Part shown: one piece after another, positions 10,852 through 23,308 of the stretch
How positions within the stretch are numbered: position 1 is the stretch's first letter
Layout of the letters: every line of letters starts with the position of its first letter
Origin: an uncultured Candidatus Peribacteria bacterium
GTDB taxonomy: Bacteria > Patescibacteriota > Gracilibacteria > Absconditabacterales > Absconditicoccaceae
Assembly: GCA_964469925.1 (NCBI GenBank)
Contig: CAYXZL010000003.1
Location: 40,448 to 104,447, forward strand
Length of the DNA stretch: 64,000 nucleotides
Direction: 5' to 3'
Program-made: the position numbers and the translations under genes
The notes under the pieces: model-generated
The model's input: the letters and a program-made list of their open reading frames with translations, nothing else
Told to the model about the DNA's origin: nothing
Database searches by the model: none

Positions 10852-11964
10852 CTACGTATGGCGTGCTGTTCTTTTCTTAGAATGTATGGTTTTGGGAGAG
10901 GTATTGATGCGTCTAATAGAGAAAAAAAGATTAACAAGCACCAAAAGAACAATCACACTGAGGGCTGCCCATACGGGAAACATAAAAAATGAAGCTGACT
11001 GCACCAGTGTTTCTAAATCTTCGGAGACTCAAGTGACTCATCCAATAGGATGATGTGTTAGTGCTAGATCGGCAAAGAAGTATCACTTATATCGAGGGAA
11101 AGCATCAAGGGAGAAGGTGATATTTTCTTGGTGTTGATTCATGATAATTTTGCTTTGCTTATAGACTCACACAACATATCACAGTGTATTTTTTATGGTG
11201 AGAGTAGCATCTACGTTTTCATCCAAATCTCAGTGATTATTGAGTCATACAACTATGGCAACCGATCACATGGGAGTTCTATGAGCATAGAGGAGAGGAT
11301 TGTTACTGATGTTTTCTCAACGAGGAACGTTGAGCGGCTCTATGATACTAAGTGTCGAGTTTGTCGGTCATTCTACCATAACGTCAATAAAATGCCCTTT
11401 GCGTACAACAACATTAAACTGGCCTGTCGAAGTATCAGAATATCAGGGATTGAGAGAAAATACTAAACATCAATGGTAGATACCCACAGCTGATGGAGGC
11501 AATGAGAGAGTGGCATGGGTAGTAATAGTTTCATTGGGACCAATAGAAAAAGTATCGGCATATCCACTGACGTACTGTCAAAACCTATCAGTAAATTCGT
11601 TGCTCTTACAGGATTTTTTCTGAAGAGAGTCTACAGTATATGCACCATCAACAAATCACATCACAACCGTGGCGGGTTTGTCATTGTTGTTATACAAAGA
11701 AAGACAGATGTCCAAAGGCTCGCCAGGTTTGACACTCGTAGTTAGACGGTCTTCTTGGTTTGCTGTATTATTCGGATTACAAAACTTCAGTTGAACATTA
11801 GTTAAGTCAGCAGTTATACCCATTGGATCATCAATGGGTGCGGGTGGCTGTACGGTGGAGGTTGTATCGGCTAAAGCTATTCAAGAGAAACAAAAAAACG
11901 CTAAGGAAAACAATCACAATAAGACGGAAGAAGGAAATAGCAAAGCTAGACGAAGTTTGATCAT
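10852..11964 (-). CDS. secreted, C-terminally membrane-anchored surface protein, CscA-like (DUF916/DUF3324-like architecture), paralog 4 of 4, 370 aa
   Basis: Signal peptide, conserved Cys pair, then GFVDG, KSCKSNEFTDRFGQYV, GCL, FNVVVRKGHFIDV and RYKG motifs and a C-terminal TM helix. Open frame across about 20 TGA to TAG at 10852-10854. Confidence 0.65.
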
Positions 11965-12036
11965 GCCACATAGCAAAATAAACGACTAAACCCACGTATA
12001 ATGATCACGAAAACAAATACAAGAAACAGTAGTTTC

Positions 12037-13377
12037 TTACTGGTTTGCTGGTCCTAGAGAGTCGACACTATTGTGCATATTCTGTCATCACTGTAGCTGG
12101 TTTTGGCCGAGAAAAGTTGGTTGATTTCAGCCTCAGGCACTTTGTGGCTGATGAGAATCCGGAGGCACTTGTGAGTCAGCAAATGACTGTTGAAATCAAG
12201 ATGGACCAAAAGCTCACGCAGTATTTCAAGGAAACATCATGTTCTGAGGGAAAGAGTTCATTCAGTTTTTTTGCCTTTTTTTATGTCTCCAGATGATAAC
12301 CACAAAGAGAACAAAGATGATGGCGATCAGCCATCGCCCAATACTGACACGTTTAGCTGTAGGCGTGTAACGGACAGGTTCAAGTTTTATTGTCTGTTTT
12401 TGTTTCATATCTTCCGTTACAAACTCGGACTCGAAATTATAGCTTGGTGTATGGTCAACACTAGCCGAGATACTCATCAATCACTTGTACCACGGAAAGC
12501 TTGGTATTTCAAACTGAACGTCTTGTTTACCTCAGGCTTCTACTCTCATTTCTTTTGTTTGCTGCATGATTTCTCTTCAAAGTATTCAGTGCAGACGGAT
12601 TGTGGTTGTGGTTTGCTGATCGACTTGTCCAGTATTGTTAAGTCATAAAGAAAGTAAAAGTTTACCCGAATCAACGGGGCGAAGAAAGAAGGGAGGGGCA
12701 CTAAGGAGGTTGGTTGTCTGGTCAAAGCCACTTGGTACACCAACACTAAAACCAGCCTCAAGTTGTCCATCGACAATTGCATCAATAAACTTTGCTTTAC
12801 GCAAGACAATATCAAACAATCATGTTGGTTTTTGTTGTGCGTTGGGAACAAATACTTCCACTGCTAAACATCACAAAAGATGCCCCACATAGTCATCAGG
12901 CAAACGGAGAGTCGCCTGTTGTTTAACACTCGAACGTGGCGGTATCGTCACTAACTTATCGTACTTGCTAACATACTGACCAAACTTATCAACAAACTCA
13001 TTACTCTTGCATGATCTCTTGCGCGTCGAATCGATAGTAATAGCTCCGTCTACAAAGTGAGTTTTGACTGCGATAGGACTCTTACTAGAATTGGTGAGGT
13101 TATAACATAGAGAGCGTGCAGCTCATTTTTCTAGTGTATAAGTAATGCCGTTGGTATTGCTCTCCACATCATCTGCACCTAAATCACAAAACTCTATATC
13201 GACAAAACCAAGAAGACTAACACCAGTATCATTGTCCTTGGGATTCTCTTCTTGTCCGTATCCAATGAGGGGAGAAAACGCTAGTATGCAGACAAGCATA
13301 GTGCGTATAAATATGGTGTTCACTGACTGGAGCTGCATAAGAAAGGCGACGTAGAGTAAAGGTGCGAAATCTATCAT
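12037..13377 (-). CDS. CscA-like surface protein paralog 3 of 4, 446 aa, with Q/P/G-rich cytoplasmic tail
   Basis: Fragments 13123..13377 and 12262..12480 are in the same frame. Motifs HFVDG, RSCKSNEFVDKFGQYV, FDIVLRKAKFIDA and PWYKG, then a TM helix and a low-complexity tail ending at TAA 12037-12039. Confidence 0.65.
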
Positions 13378-14720
13378 CAGATAGGAGTATTGGGATCCTG
13401 GAAACCACTAACTCATCATGGGGTCATGGGTGGGGTGTTTCATAATTGCGAGTTAGTTAGATTGTTGTTGATGGGTTGATTAACAATCGGTTGTGCAGAT
13501 TGAGCCATCTGAGGATTAGTTTGGATCGACAGGTTAGTAGGTTGTATGGTGTTAGGGGGGGGTTGCATCATCTGATTAGCCACATTAGGAAGAAATCATC
13601 AGGGGTACATTCAAGGCTGTTGCATACGGTATTGCTGAGCATACATATTTTGATACATCTGCTGCATCTGTTCCATCATGGCCTGTCTTTTTTTCCTATG
13701 TCTCTTTATCAAGAGAATCATCGTCCTCCGAAGTGCAACCAAGACCAACAATGCAGCCACTATCCACCAAGGGAAGATGAAAATAGAGGTTGCAAAATGC
13801 ACGCTCTGCGTTTTTCTCATCTCAGGAGTTATTTGTTCACTATCAAAAAGAAAGTTCGGCGTATAGTCAGCGGAAACACTGATGTCAAAACTCCCCTTGT
13901 ACCACGGTAGTACAGCAGAAAAGGCAGCGATAGTGCTTTCTTTTCATTGAACATATTTGATTTGCGGAGTGAACTCGATCGGCTTGCCGAAAAGCGGTTT
14001 GATCTCACCCTTCAAGAGTACGTCTTGCGCTACATTGCCTTTATTGTCCAACTGCAAAGAAACGACGATTTCATCATTGGCTGTTTTTTTGACGTGCAGT
14101 TGCTTATTGTTAGAGATGCTTCACTCATCTTCAGGTTTAGAGACTTCAAGACCAATCACTAAATCTCACTTGACAAAAACATCAATAAATCTCGTACGCC
14201 CAACGACCACATCAAACATTCATCATGCCTGTTTATCAATTACATTGTACATCAAACATCCCATAACCTGCCCTACATATCATAGGGGAAAAGAAAGTTT
14301 GGATGTGACTTTTTGGCTTTCTCAAGCTCATAGCGACAGAGTGTCGCTATTGGGTTGGACATACTGACCAAAAAGATCTTTTTTGGCAGCAGAGTGACAC
14401 ACCCTAGAACCATTAGAGAGTCATCCGTCAACAAAATTAACTTTCACGTCTAAGGGCTCACTGTAGGTATTAGTGACCTGGTAACAGAGGTTTACAGAGC
14501 TGTTTTCGTTGAGTTCCAAATAGATTTTTTTATCTTTCTTCGACCCAGTAGTATCATCACATTCGAAAAAATCTACTTTGATATATTGTAAAAACGTCCC
14601 ATATTCAGCATGGCTTACAAGAGGCCTAAAAAAGACGAGTGAAGCAATAACTGATAACAAAAAAAGTTGTGCCGACCTCTGCCGATAATGCGTAGAAGAA
14701 TATGGTTTATGTTTCTTCAT
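13371..14720 (-). CDS. CscA-like surface protein paralog 2 of 4, 449 aa, with Q/P/M/N-rich tail
   Basis: Fragments 14421..14801 and 13611..13820 are in the same frame. Motifs NFVDG, FDVVVGRTRFIDV and PWYKG, then a TM helix. TAG at 13371-13373 overlaps the next gene start. Start taken at the internal MKKHK (14720). Confidence 0.65.
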
Positions 14721-15855
14721 GGGCTTTTGTCTTGATAAAGTTCTTTCTGCTGTGGGTTCTGGTCTTTCTTCATTTGAGATAGTGAAACCACGCATGTACA
14801 TTATATAAGATAATAATCAATAAAGCAAAAAAATAGATCATCCGTGGAAATGAAAAGAATTGTTTGTGAAAAGGGAAACGTAATCGGGGCTGTCAAGTCA
14901 AGTTTTTGAGGGATAAATCGAGCGAGGAATCGTTGAGATAGAGAGAATAACGTCAGAACGATAAAAGGTTGATAGGCAGTTGGTGGCTAATAACAACAGA
15001 GGATTGCGGGGGAAGATCGTAGTCACCAGAAAAGTGTACTATTGTGCCAAAAGAAGACAGGGCTCATGAGCTTACAAACACAAAAGAAGAGTTTCAGGTA
15101 TTGATGACCATATATTGTAAAAGAAAAGAGCGGGGATTTAGTTTTGAAAGATGATAAAAGGAGTTCTTCAAAAGATTTTTCGCAGGCAAATTGTGAGGAA
15201 AAAGCATTGGATTGATAACAGATGTGTTGGTATCAAAAATAAGAGAGAATGGTCTAACCCTAACAAGATTGACGGTAAATAATCACATACGTTGTTTGGG
15301 ACGGTGAGGTGGCACATATTCTCAGGCACGAATACAGCCCTCCACGTGTTCTATGTCTGCAAAGGTTTGAGGCTGTATATGAAAAAAAAACTGCTGGTAA
15401 CTATGCCCACTGACCAACACTAAAGCAGTGTTTCAAGAAGCAAGTAAACTATTATGGTTGAAAATGGAGTAGTCATGGTCAAAGCCGGCTGCGTGTGAGC
15501 ATTGTCACGGCAAGAGGTCTCATCAGTCTTGGGAGGCTCCGCTACTGTAATAACTGCCCAATGAGAGCAATACAAGCACTGGAGCCTGATCCTTGTTGTT
15601 TATTCACAAACAGAGTATCATAGGAAGGCCTGCTTGATAGGTTTTGCGATAAGGTGCAACAATTCCGTACTGATCCTTGTTGTTACAGAAGTCGATCGAT
15701 ACATGGGAAAAGTCAGCAAGATTGCCCGTATAGGTAGGAGAGGCATAGTATGATGCAGCTCAAGAATCAACAAAAGACGCTCGAAGAGGGAGAGAGTAAA
15801 ATAAACCAAGTACAGTGAAAACCAAGCCACAAACCCTGGATATATTATTTCTCAT
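14707..15855 (-). CDS. CscA-like surface protein paralog 1 of 4 (most divergent), 382 aa
   Basis: Signal peptide MRNNISRVCGLVFTVLGLFYSLPLRA, a Cys-containing N-terminal domain and a C-terminal TM helix (MIYFFALLIIILY). Open to TAA 14707-14709, overlapping the next start by 14 nt. Confidence 0.55.
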
Positions 15856-15924
15856 AGAGAAAAACCACCAATTATCTTCTAAAGCCCAAACCAGGATATA
15901 TAAAAGCAAAAAAGAATGCAAAAG

Positions 15925-15948
15925 AAAGGAGGCTCTAACGCCTCCTTT
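15925..15948 (-). terminator. intrinsic terminator after the WxL-like gene
   Basis: AAAGGAGGC-6 nt-GCCTCCTTT perfect 9-bp stem, followed on the minus strand by CTTTTGCATTCTTTTTTGCTTTT. Confidence 0.7.
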
Positions 15949-15991
15949 CGTATACAATTGCGTAACTTTTGATACATAGATTGTCTACAAC

Positions 15992-16624
15992 CTAGAATGA
16001 GACAGTAATCGTTCCGCGGTAGGTGTCTGGTACAACTCAACCAGGTATGTCGAGAGCGACACCAGGAACCAATCTCCATGTTCCGATAGCATTATCAGCA
16101 GCATTATAGGTTCTCGTAAGAACTGCTTGTGATTGGGTAGCTAAGAACGCTGTAGAGGAGAACGCTTCCGCTGTAACATAATCAGAGTCTGAACCATCTA
16201 CCTGAGTAAGGTTGGCACTGGTATCGTCGTTACCAGCAGCTTGTGTGATTTTCATCTCCACATCACCATTTCCATTACCGTCTACGACAGAATCGTTACT
16301 CGCAGCAGGAGTCAAAACCTTTCCTTGACTAGCTCCACTGAGTGCATCAAAGGCAAGAGAAACCTGCCAGATTGTACCAGTGCTACCACAGCTACCCTGT
16401 GTGTCTGTAACAGTGATACCATTACCCCATGATCCAGGAAGGTCGGTTTGTTCGGTTAGACTGGTTTGACTAGTACCGAAGTCGAGATCGGCGACGGTGA
16501 CTTGAAGGTTTCATGAACCACAGTCAATACCTAAAGTAGCATCAGATGTTGCTCCGTTGACATAAGACACAACACCACAGACACCAAGTGCGAGCAAAGA
16601 AATTGCCCCAAGAGTTTTCTTCAT
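15992..16624 (-). CDS. WxL-domain-like secreted surface protein, 210 aa
   Basis: Signal peptide MKKTLGAISLLALGVCGVV. ITVTDTQGSCGSTGTIWQVSL (first WxL-like block) and GTWRLVPGVALDIPGGVVPDTYRGTITVSF (C-terminal WxL block). Confidence 0.7.
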
Positions 16625-16771
16625 GATAGTAAGAGTATAGAGTAAATAAAACAATTTACCACAACCTGATATGCAAAGTATGCAGTGTGACACGGTATTG
16701 CATAGCGTTAGGTTTCACTATGACATACAAGAGTATAGGAAACACATAAACAGATGTCAAATTTTTTACTA

Positions 16772-17434
16772 CTATCACTCATTAATATACAAAAACATAT
16801 CTCATTGATAAGAACCAATTGGAATATAAGGAGGAATCTCCAATATAATGTCTGGGACAAACTCCCACTGACCAATACCAGCATCCAACTCGTCAGCAGC
16901 TCTTGAGATGAGTGGTAACGATTGGTCTCCTATGACAGTTTGGTTGTCATATCAGCGGACTTTAACTGACCATGTGCTCGGTCATGCAAGTTGTGTGAGT
17001 TGAGAGCTCTCCAAGGCAGATCACGAAGAGGTGTGAATGCTGATTGTAACATTGATGACGTCGCCAACTCATGCGTAGTCAGCAACCCCAGTGACGTAGA
17101 GGTACTGTGTTCAACTGGAGGCATACATGTTTCCAAATCATATAGAAATATCCCAGATGTCTCCATCTTCATCAATATCTTCATTACAATTGGACTTCGT
17201 ATCACTGATCACGATACCACTACCTTCAGCACTATTGAGCCAATATCAAGACAAGATGAGGTTTTCACTATAGGAGTTGACAACAGTACCAAAGGTGACA
17301 TCGTGAGCAATTACGCTAATGGCTCAGTCTTCACATGAAACAGTGAGGTTACTGGTACTGATTGCTCAATACACAAAATATCAGAGCAGAAACCAAACAA
17401 AAAGAGCAAGCGATCAGAGTAACTTAGGAGACAT
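16772..17434 (-). CDS. WxL-domain-like secreted surface protein 2, 220 aa
   Basis: Signal/TM region, then GIVISDTKSN and C-terminal GQWEFVPDIILEIPPYIPIGSYQGDMFLYI. Frame verified against off-frame ORF 16930..17205. TAG at 16772-16774. Confidence 0.6.
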
Positions 17435-17567
17435 CAAGGTGCATGACAAAAGATATGAAACAACGACAAAACACATACGTTCTAATCATATACGACTAGA
17501 AAATCAATTACAAAAAAGCACCCAGACAGTATTGTCCAGGTGCATGATTAGTACGTGCCAATGATAC

Positions 17568-17870
17568 CTATCAGTTACTCAAGTCATTGTCCACCAATTG
17601 TAGGTGTTCTCTATAGCTTGTAATAAGATTTATGCAAGACTCTTCTCTAACGGAGTCTTCACAATACCGTTGAGCCGATCACGGTGCTGGTGTATAAGAT
17701 GCACCTGAACGCAGTATTGATGTTCATGCAATAAATCATACGATCCATGCCGCACCGACTGCAATAGACTTCCACAGTCAAACTTTGAGAGCGACAACAA
17801 AAGCTGCCAACGAGGAAACGCCTAGTGGACTATGCCAAAACGACTGATAGGGTGTCTTCCCAAAAGACAT
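17568..17870 (-). CDS. small membrane protein, 100 aa, first gene of the surface cluster
   Basis: ATG to TAG frame with hydrophobic segments (LAAFVVALKVGLWKSIAVGAAWIVGFIAG). No homology recognised. Confidence 0.35.
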
Positions 17871-18055
17871 GGGTTAGCGTATTGGCTAAAAGCATGAACT
17901 CGGCACTGAAATTGTAAGTTGCATGCAATAGTATTATAGATCAAAAATACAATCTGTCAAATAACTAGGGGCGATCTTTTTTGTCTTTCGCTGCTTTTAT
18001 GACTATACTTAGTGACACCAAGAGGTGTTTTGTACTTAATGCATGGTGATGTGTG

Positions 18056-21000
18056 ATGGCGGTAGGACCCAAAAGTAACGCTAACAGCAACCAAAACGAT
18101 CAATACCAAGAACAGAGCATGAGATTAGATTCTGAGGTTTTTTCTATACTACAAAGGTCCTACATAGACTTTCTAAAAAAGGAAAAACTTGATCGGACAA
18201 CAATGAAGAGACACCAAGATTACGTAGAAAAGTTTTTTGAATATATAAAAAAGTGATGAAACAAGGAATTGTTGAGCCTAGCAAATAAAAAAACGCTCAA
18301 CGCCTTTTTTTCTGCAATAGAAGAAAGATGAATAAAGGCAGTAGACTTGCTGGGAGACAACAACGCTAGTATCTCAAAACGTATAAAACCAGCCAATAGT
18401 GAAAAAGTTGGTTTAGAGAGAATGCTGAAAAAAATCTATGAAGAAACGGCTGATGTGACAGTTTGAGACGATAATGCTTTCAAAAAATTCGCTGTAAAAC
18501 ATTGACTAAACTTCAAGGAGGCTACCGGTCTCTGTAGTATCGATAAAAACTCAAACATACAATCGATAGCATCATTAAAAAAAGAACGAAGAAAATTCGC
18601 CAGCTGATTGCCAGACAAAGTGAGACAAAGAGTAAAAAAAAACGTATTCAAGCATACAGCTACAATGTTCTATGACCAGACTGAAAAAATGGCTGCCACA
18701 GCTCTATTGCTGAAATATCGTAGGGTAATAAAAAGCCAAAACTCCAAGGAGTTGCTAGAGGATTTTGATAGAGAGTTTCCTATACCTTTGCCAATTTACA
18801 ATAAAAACTCCTATGGCTGAGACGAATATGAGCAAACCAACAGTCTGCCAGAAATTAGGTGAAGATGGGCTAACTTTCTAAACGAAAGTGCTAGGAATAA
18901 TGCCGATACCATAGTACAAGAAATCAGCGACATAAGAATAACAAATAGTGACGTAGTTGAGGCGTACAAGGACTTCGGATGAGCAGAAAATGACGAGTTT
19001 GACGGTCTAGATAGCAAGAACGTGAATAAATGGTCGACTCAAACCAGGATCATGTTCAATAAGCTGGTGGCAGAGCAGTTTATAGCAGACTATGAAAAGA
19101 GTAAAGATTTTGTCGACCAAGGTCTTAAGACAGTCGCTTCAGCTATTGCTGACACACCACCGACCTTTAATCAGTTGTTCAAAAAGTACAAAACAAGCAG
19201 AGAGGAGTTGATAAGCTTTGATCCTTCTCTGGAAGAAAAACTAAAGAACAAAGATCAGTGTATTGAAGATTTGCAAAAAGAAAGGGATAGTGAGCAGGCA
19301 GATCATAACAAAAACTATGCCAAACTAATTAATGAAGAAAGGCAAAAACAGCAAGAGGATCTGATGCAAGCTTTTTTTGTTCAAGTGAGACAAGATGATG
19401 ATGAGTTAGGCAGAATCCTAGAAATAGCTTATGATAATAACTTCAACTTGGCAAAATTAGACCACAAGCAACAACAATACCTCATCCGCCAGTTGTGTAG
19501 CATCACATTAGATGATGTGAAAGTACAAGAAATAGTAGTGAAGATGGGTATTGATCCAGACTGATTAGAAAAATTCAGTACAGAATTATTTGATCTAAAC
19601 AGCAATGCCATAACTATCCCGATGGGCGATCAAAGCATACCGATCGAATTTACAAAAAAAGGTTTTTTGCCAACCAGCATACACAAAAGCAACGTGGACC
19701 TAGAAAAAATGAAAGAACGAAGACATTTGGGTTTCAATCTATCTATCAAGGTAACTCCTGAAAACGAAAAATACCTCCAGTCACTATACAGAAAGTCACC
19801 CTTTCTGTTTAGAAAATTCGGTACAAAGGAATCATCACCCACTATCAGCGAGTGATACAAGGTTAGAATAAGCAGAAACGGTGAGTCGTATGTGGGGTAT
19901 CTGTCATTGAGATGAAAGGAGATAGAAAATGAAAAAGATCAGACCAAAATGGAGCGACATTTGTATAGTAAGCCAGTCAATCAATATGAAACGGAGAGGG
20001 AACTGGCCTACGGTAAGCCCATACCAGATGATGAGGCTCATGAGCGAGACGTGGATATCCTAGAAAAAACCGTACATCTCAACGGAGATGCTATAGGAGG
20101 GTTAATATTGGGTCACATAGCAGGCGAGGCTACAAAAACTAAAGATTTGAATACAGATACAAAGGATGTGTCAAACCGAGCAGAAGACTGAAGTTTTGCA
20201 AACACATATCGTGATACCTTAGAGCAGCAAGCACTTGAAGAAGATAAGTGGGCAGTTGAACAAAAAAACAAATTGGAGTCCGAAGAGGATGCGAAAAGAA
20301 ATTTAGAAAAAGCACGAAACGAAATCCAGCCACGCAACAAAAAGGTAGCATTGGAAAAGGGAACGAGTTTGCGAGTACAGGAGTGAGAGTCCGAGATTTT
20401 TCAGCCCTTCATCGATCAAGGTTTTGGGGAGTGATGATACTGGCATTGTTTTGAGATAACGGACATAGATACAAGCAAAAACACAATTACATTTAGAAGG
20501 CATGGTTGAGAACAGAAACATAGTCAGGAGTGAACAATAACGATGCCTCTGAAGCCAGAAACGTTTGAAAAGTTCCGCAGTAGCTACGGGATAAATCTCT
20601 ATAAGACCCCTAAAGTAAAAGCTAGAGAAGAATGATTTTTTGGTCAAATAAGGTATCTGGAGGAGGCGGCCATCCCCAATGTGTCTGATAATCTTAAGGT
20701 CATTGGAGGACAAGTAAAGTTTAATGGAAGCAGGTTTTCGACGTCTCATAGTGGAGAAAGCCTTGAAACGCAGTATTTCTGAGCGATGGCAGACAATCCT
20801 GAAACAGGGAAACCAACTATCATAACATTCAAAGTCGAGCCATGATCCGACGGCAAAATCAAAGTGTCTGGCTGAGAGTTGGTGAAAAGATGAGACAGGG
20901 GAGAGATACTCCAACGCTACAAATATAATAAAGATATGGATTATACAAGCTTTCTCCTGTTTATAGGAGAGCACAAGCTTAGCCCGTTGACCGATGATCA

Positions 21001-23308
21001 AATCAATGCCTTCAAATTACAACAAAAAGAAGCATATGGTGCAATTGATGATGGTGATCTATCGAACAAAAAACTAGAGTTTTTTTCCTTGTCAGATTTT
21101 GGTTGATTTTTTAAGTGACGATATAGTAAGTTTACTGATAAGCGAAAGGAGTATAATGAAGAGAGATTAGATATGTTGACCGATTTGATGGTGACCGATC
21201 GAAGGTTATATCAGAAAATGTCTAATACGCTGTGATTCTGGTGAAATTGGAGAAGTACGTGGTCCAAGATAGATTATGACGTGAGATTGGAAAAGGCTGG
21301 GAAAATTATGGCGAAGATTACTGCACGGAGAGATAGATACGCCAAAGAGCCAGATAGAAGCCCTGTGGCAGCAGAGATACTCAAGATGGTGTTAAAATGA
21401 CCCTTTCCAAACACGGAACGCCTTTACCAAGTAGCGGGTGCATTCCTCTATATGATGGAGAAGGCAGGCGGTATGTATGTGAGAGCGTTTGCCCCATATG
21501 CATGACAGGGCTTGCGGGTCAGAGCACTGTTGTGAGACGCACACCGATCGAAGTACAAAAGACAATTGGCAGATCTAGAAGCAAAACTAAAGGCCGATCC
21601 CACTAATGAAGATTTACGTGCACAGATACAGCAGTCAGAGGCATTATATTTGAATATAGCGATTGATTGAGCAGATGAGGTCCTAAAGTTCAGATTCTGA
21701 ATAGACTTCGCCGATGCTATCATGCCAGCCTATCAGTGATCGTTGGGTACTGAAAAAATAAACTCAACAGCAAATGCACTAACAGGGATGGCACAATTTT
21801 GATATATCTTTGACCAAAAATTTAGAGCAGAACTCCAAAAAGGACAAACCGCTAAAGCTTTGGCCTGACTCAAAGCGGCTGCCTCACTAGCAACCCGTAG
21901 CTATGAAGTAGAGAAAATAAAAGGTGGGATTCTGTTGGTGCTACTGTCGGGAGTAAATATGTATGGAGGAGATAGTGAATCAATCAACTTTCTGGTGCAG
22001 TTTTCGAGAAAGATATGATTTTTGCCAGGTATGCGAATGGAAGACTTCAATTGTCAGACCAAAACCGCTAGACTCCTCCACATGATCACAGGAGACTTTT
22101 ATGTAGAGACTGGGTATAAAATAGAGAATTTTGCGGCAAGCAATTATGGCCTATGAATGAAAAATACGAAATGATGATATACGGCTGCATTTATGAGGCG
22201 GTGGAATACTGCGAAGCTAGGAGACACGAAAAGTCGTGGCAGTAACATAACAGATTTTTTGGATATGAAAAGCTTGGCATGAGACCATAGTTTGCTGTGA
22301 GGCACCATAAATGGTAGACAGCTATCCTACGAGGATAGGAAATTGGTACAAGAACTGATAGGCTTTAGTTTCAACGACTCAACCAGCACCATTACTGACC
22401 TGAACAACAAAGAGTTCTATAGAAATCCGATGACGGTACCTAAGACGGTCGCACAACAGTTCATGAATTTTAGGGGCACAGACTTTGCTGGTGATGATAA
22501 TCAAAAAGAAAGTGCTCAAATATTTTGGCGTTCATTTGCGGATGCAATACCAGTCGATACGATCAATGATGATCAGTTCAAGACAACAACACGCTTTATT
22601 ATGAAAAAGTTCGCGGACACAATTGGGTCCAAGTACTTCACAGGAAGTAACGAAAACGACCTTATCAGAGCACTAGGTGTAGTAAGGAACATCGGAAGAG
22701 ACAAGGACATAGCAAACAAGAGGGCTGAGATAGATTTTCTCCTCCATGCTATCATTACAATGAACTTACAATCAGCCTATCAAGGTATTCCGAACGAAAT
22801 TGATGCGGTCGGTGAAAAATTCAAAAGATTTCTTGAAAATAATATTGCCAATATTGACGGTGATGTGATAGAAGAAACATTTTGACCAAACAAGAGGGAT
22901 ATGTTTGATAATCCGTGAGATTATGTCGCATGACTCGGCTTTGACAAAAGAGAAATTGACAAAAAGGTGAAGGAAAGGACAGATGCGGGTGAGACCAAAC
23001 CCTTGTTTAATCAGAGATTGCGAAATATCCATAGAGGTATGATGACCAGATGACAGGGATTGGACTTCGAGTATCAAAAAATCATGAACAAATACGATGT
23101 TTCGTGAAAAGAAAAAGAAACTCAAGAAACGGCAAAAACGAAAGTGCAGGCATTAGGAGAAAAGAAAAAGTTCGTAGCAATCAAAAACCCAGATGGATAC
23201 GATCAAGACAACAAGAGTTCTCCGTGAGATCCAAATCCATCTGCAGGCATTGGAACAGGACAATACGATTATGACGAACCAGCTTGGGTATGACAGCAAG
23301 AATACTAA
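18056..23308 (+). CDS. giant hypothetical protein, about 1750 aa, K/E/D-rich
   Basis: Six listed fragments (18053, 18608, 19022, 19622, 19949, 22343) share frame 2. I read 20189-22343 codon by codon and found only TGA interruptions. TAA at 23306-23308. Start ambiguous (ATG 18056, GTG 18053 or ATG 17999). Confidence 0.75.

Noticed and set aside
16930-17205. Uninterrupted 91-aa minus ORF inside the second WxL-like gene
   Set aside because: It is an off-frame artefact. The frame containing the signal peptide and the C-terminal WxL-like block is the +1-shifted one with sense TGA.
21397-21723. ORFs 21397..21606 (+) and 21448..21723 (-) within the 1750-aa gene
   Set aside because: Both are out of frame with or antisense to the long frame-2 reading, which continues without TAA/TAG. 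Their Cys/Arg/Ser-rich composition is typical of off-frame translation.
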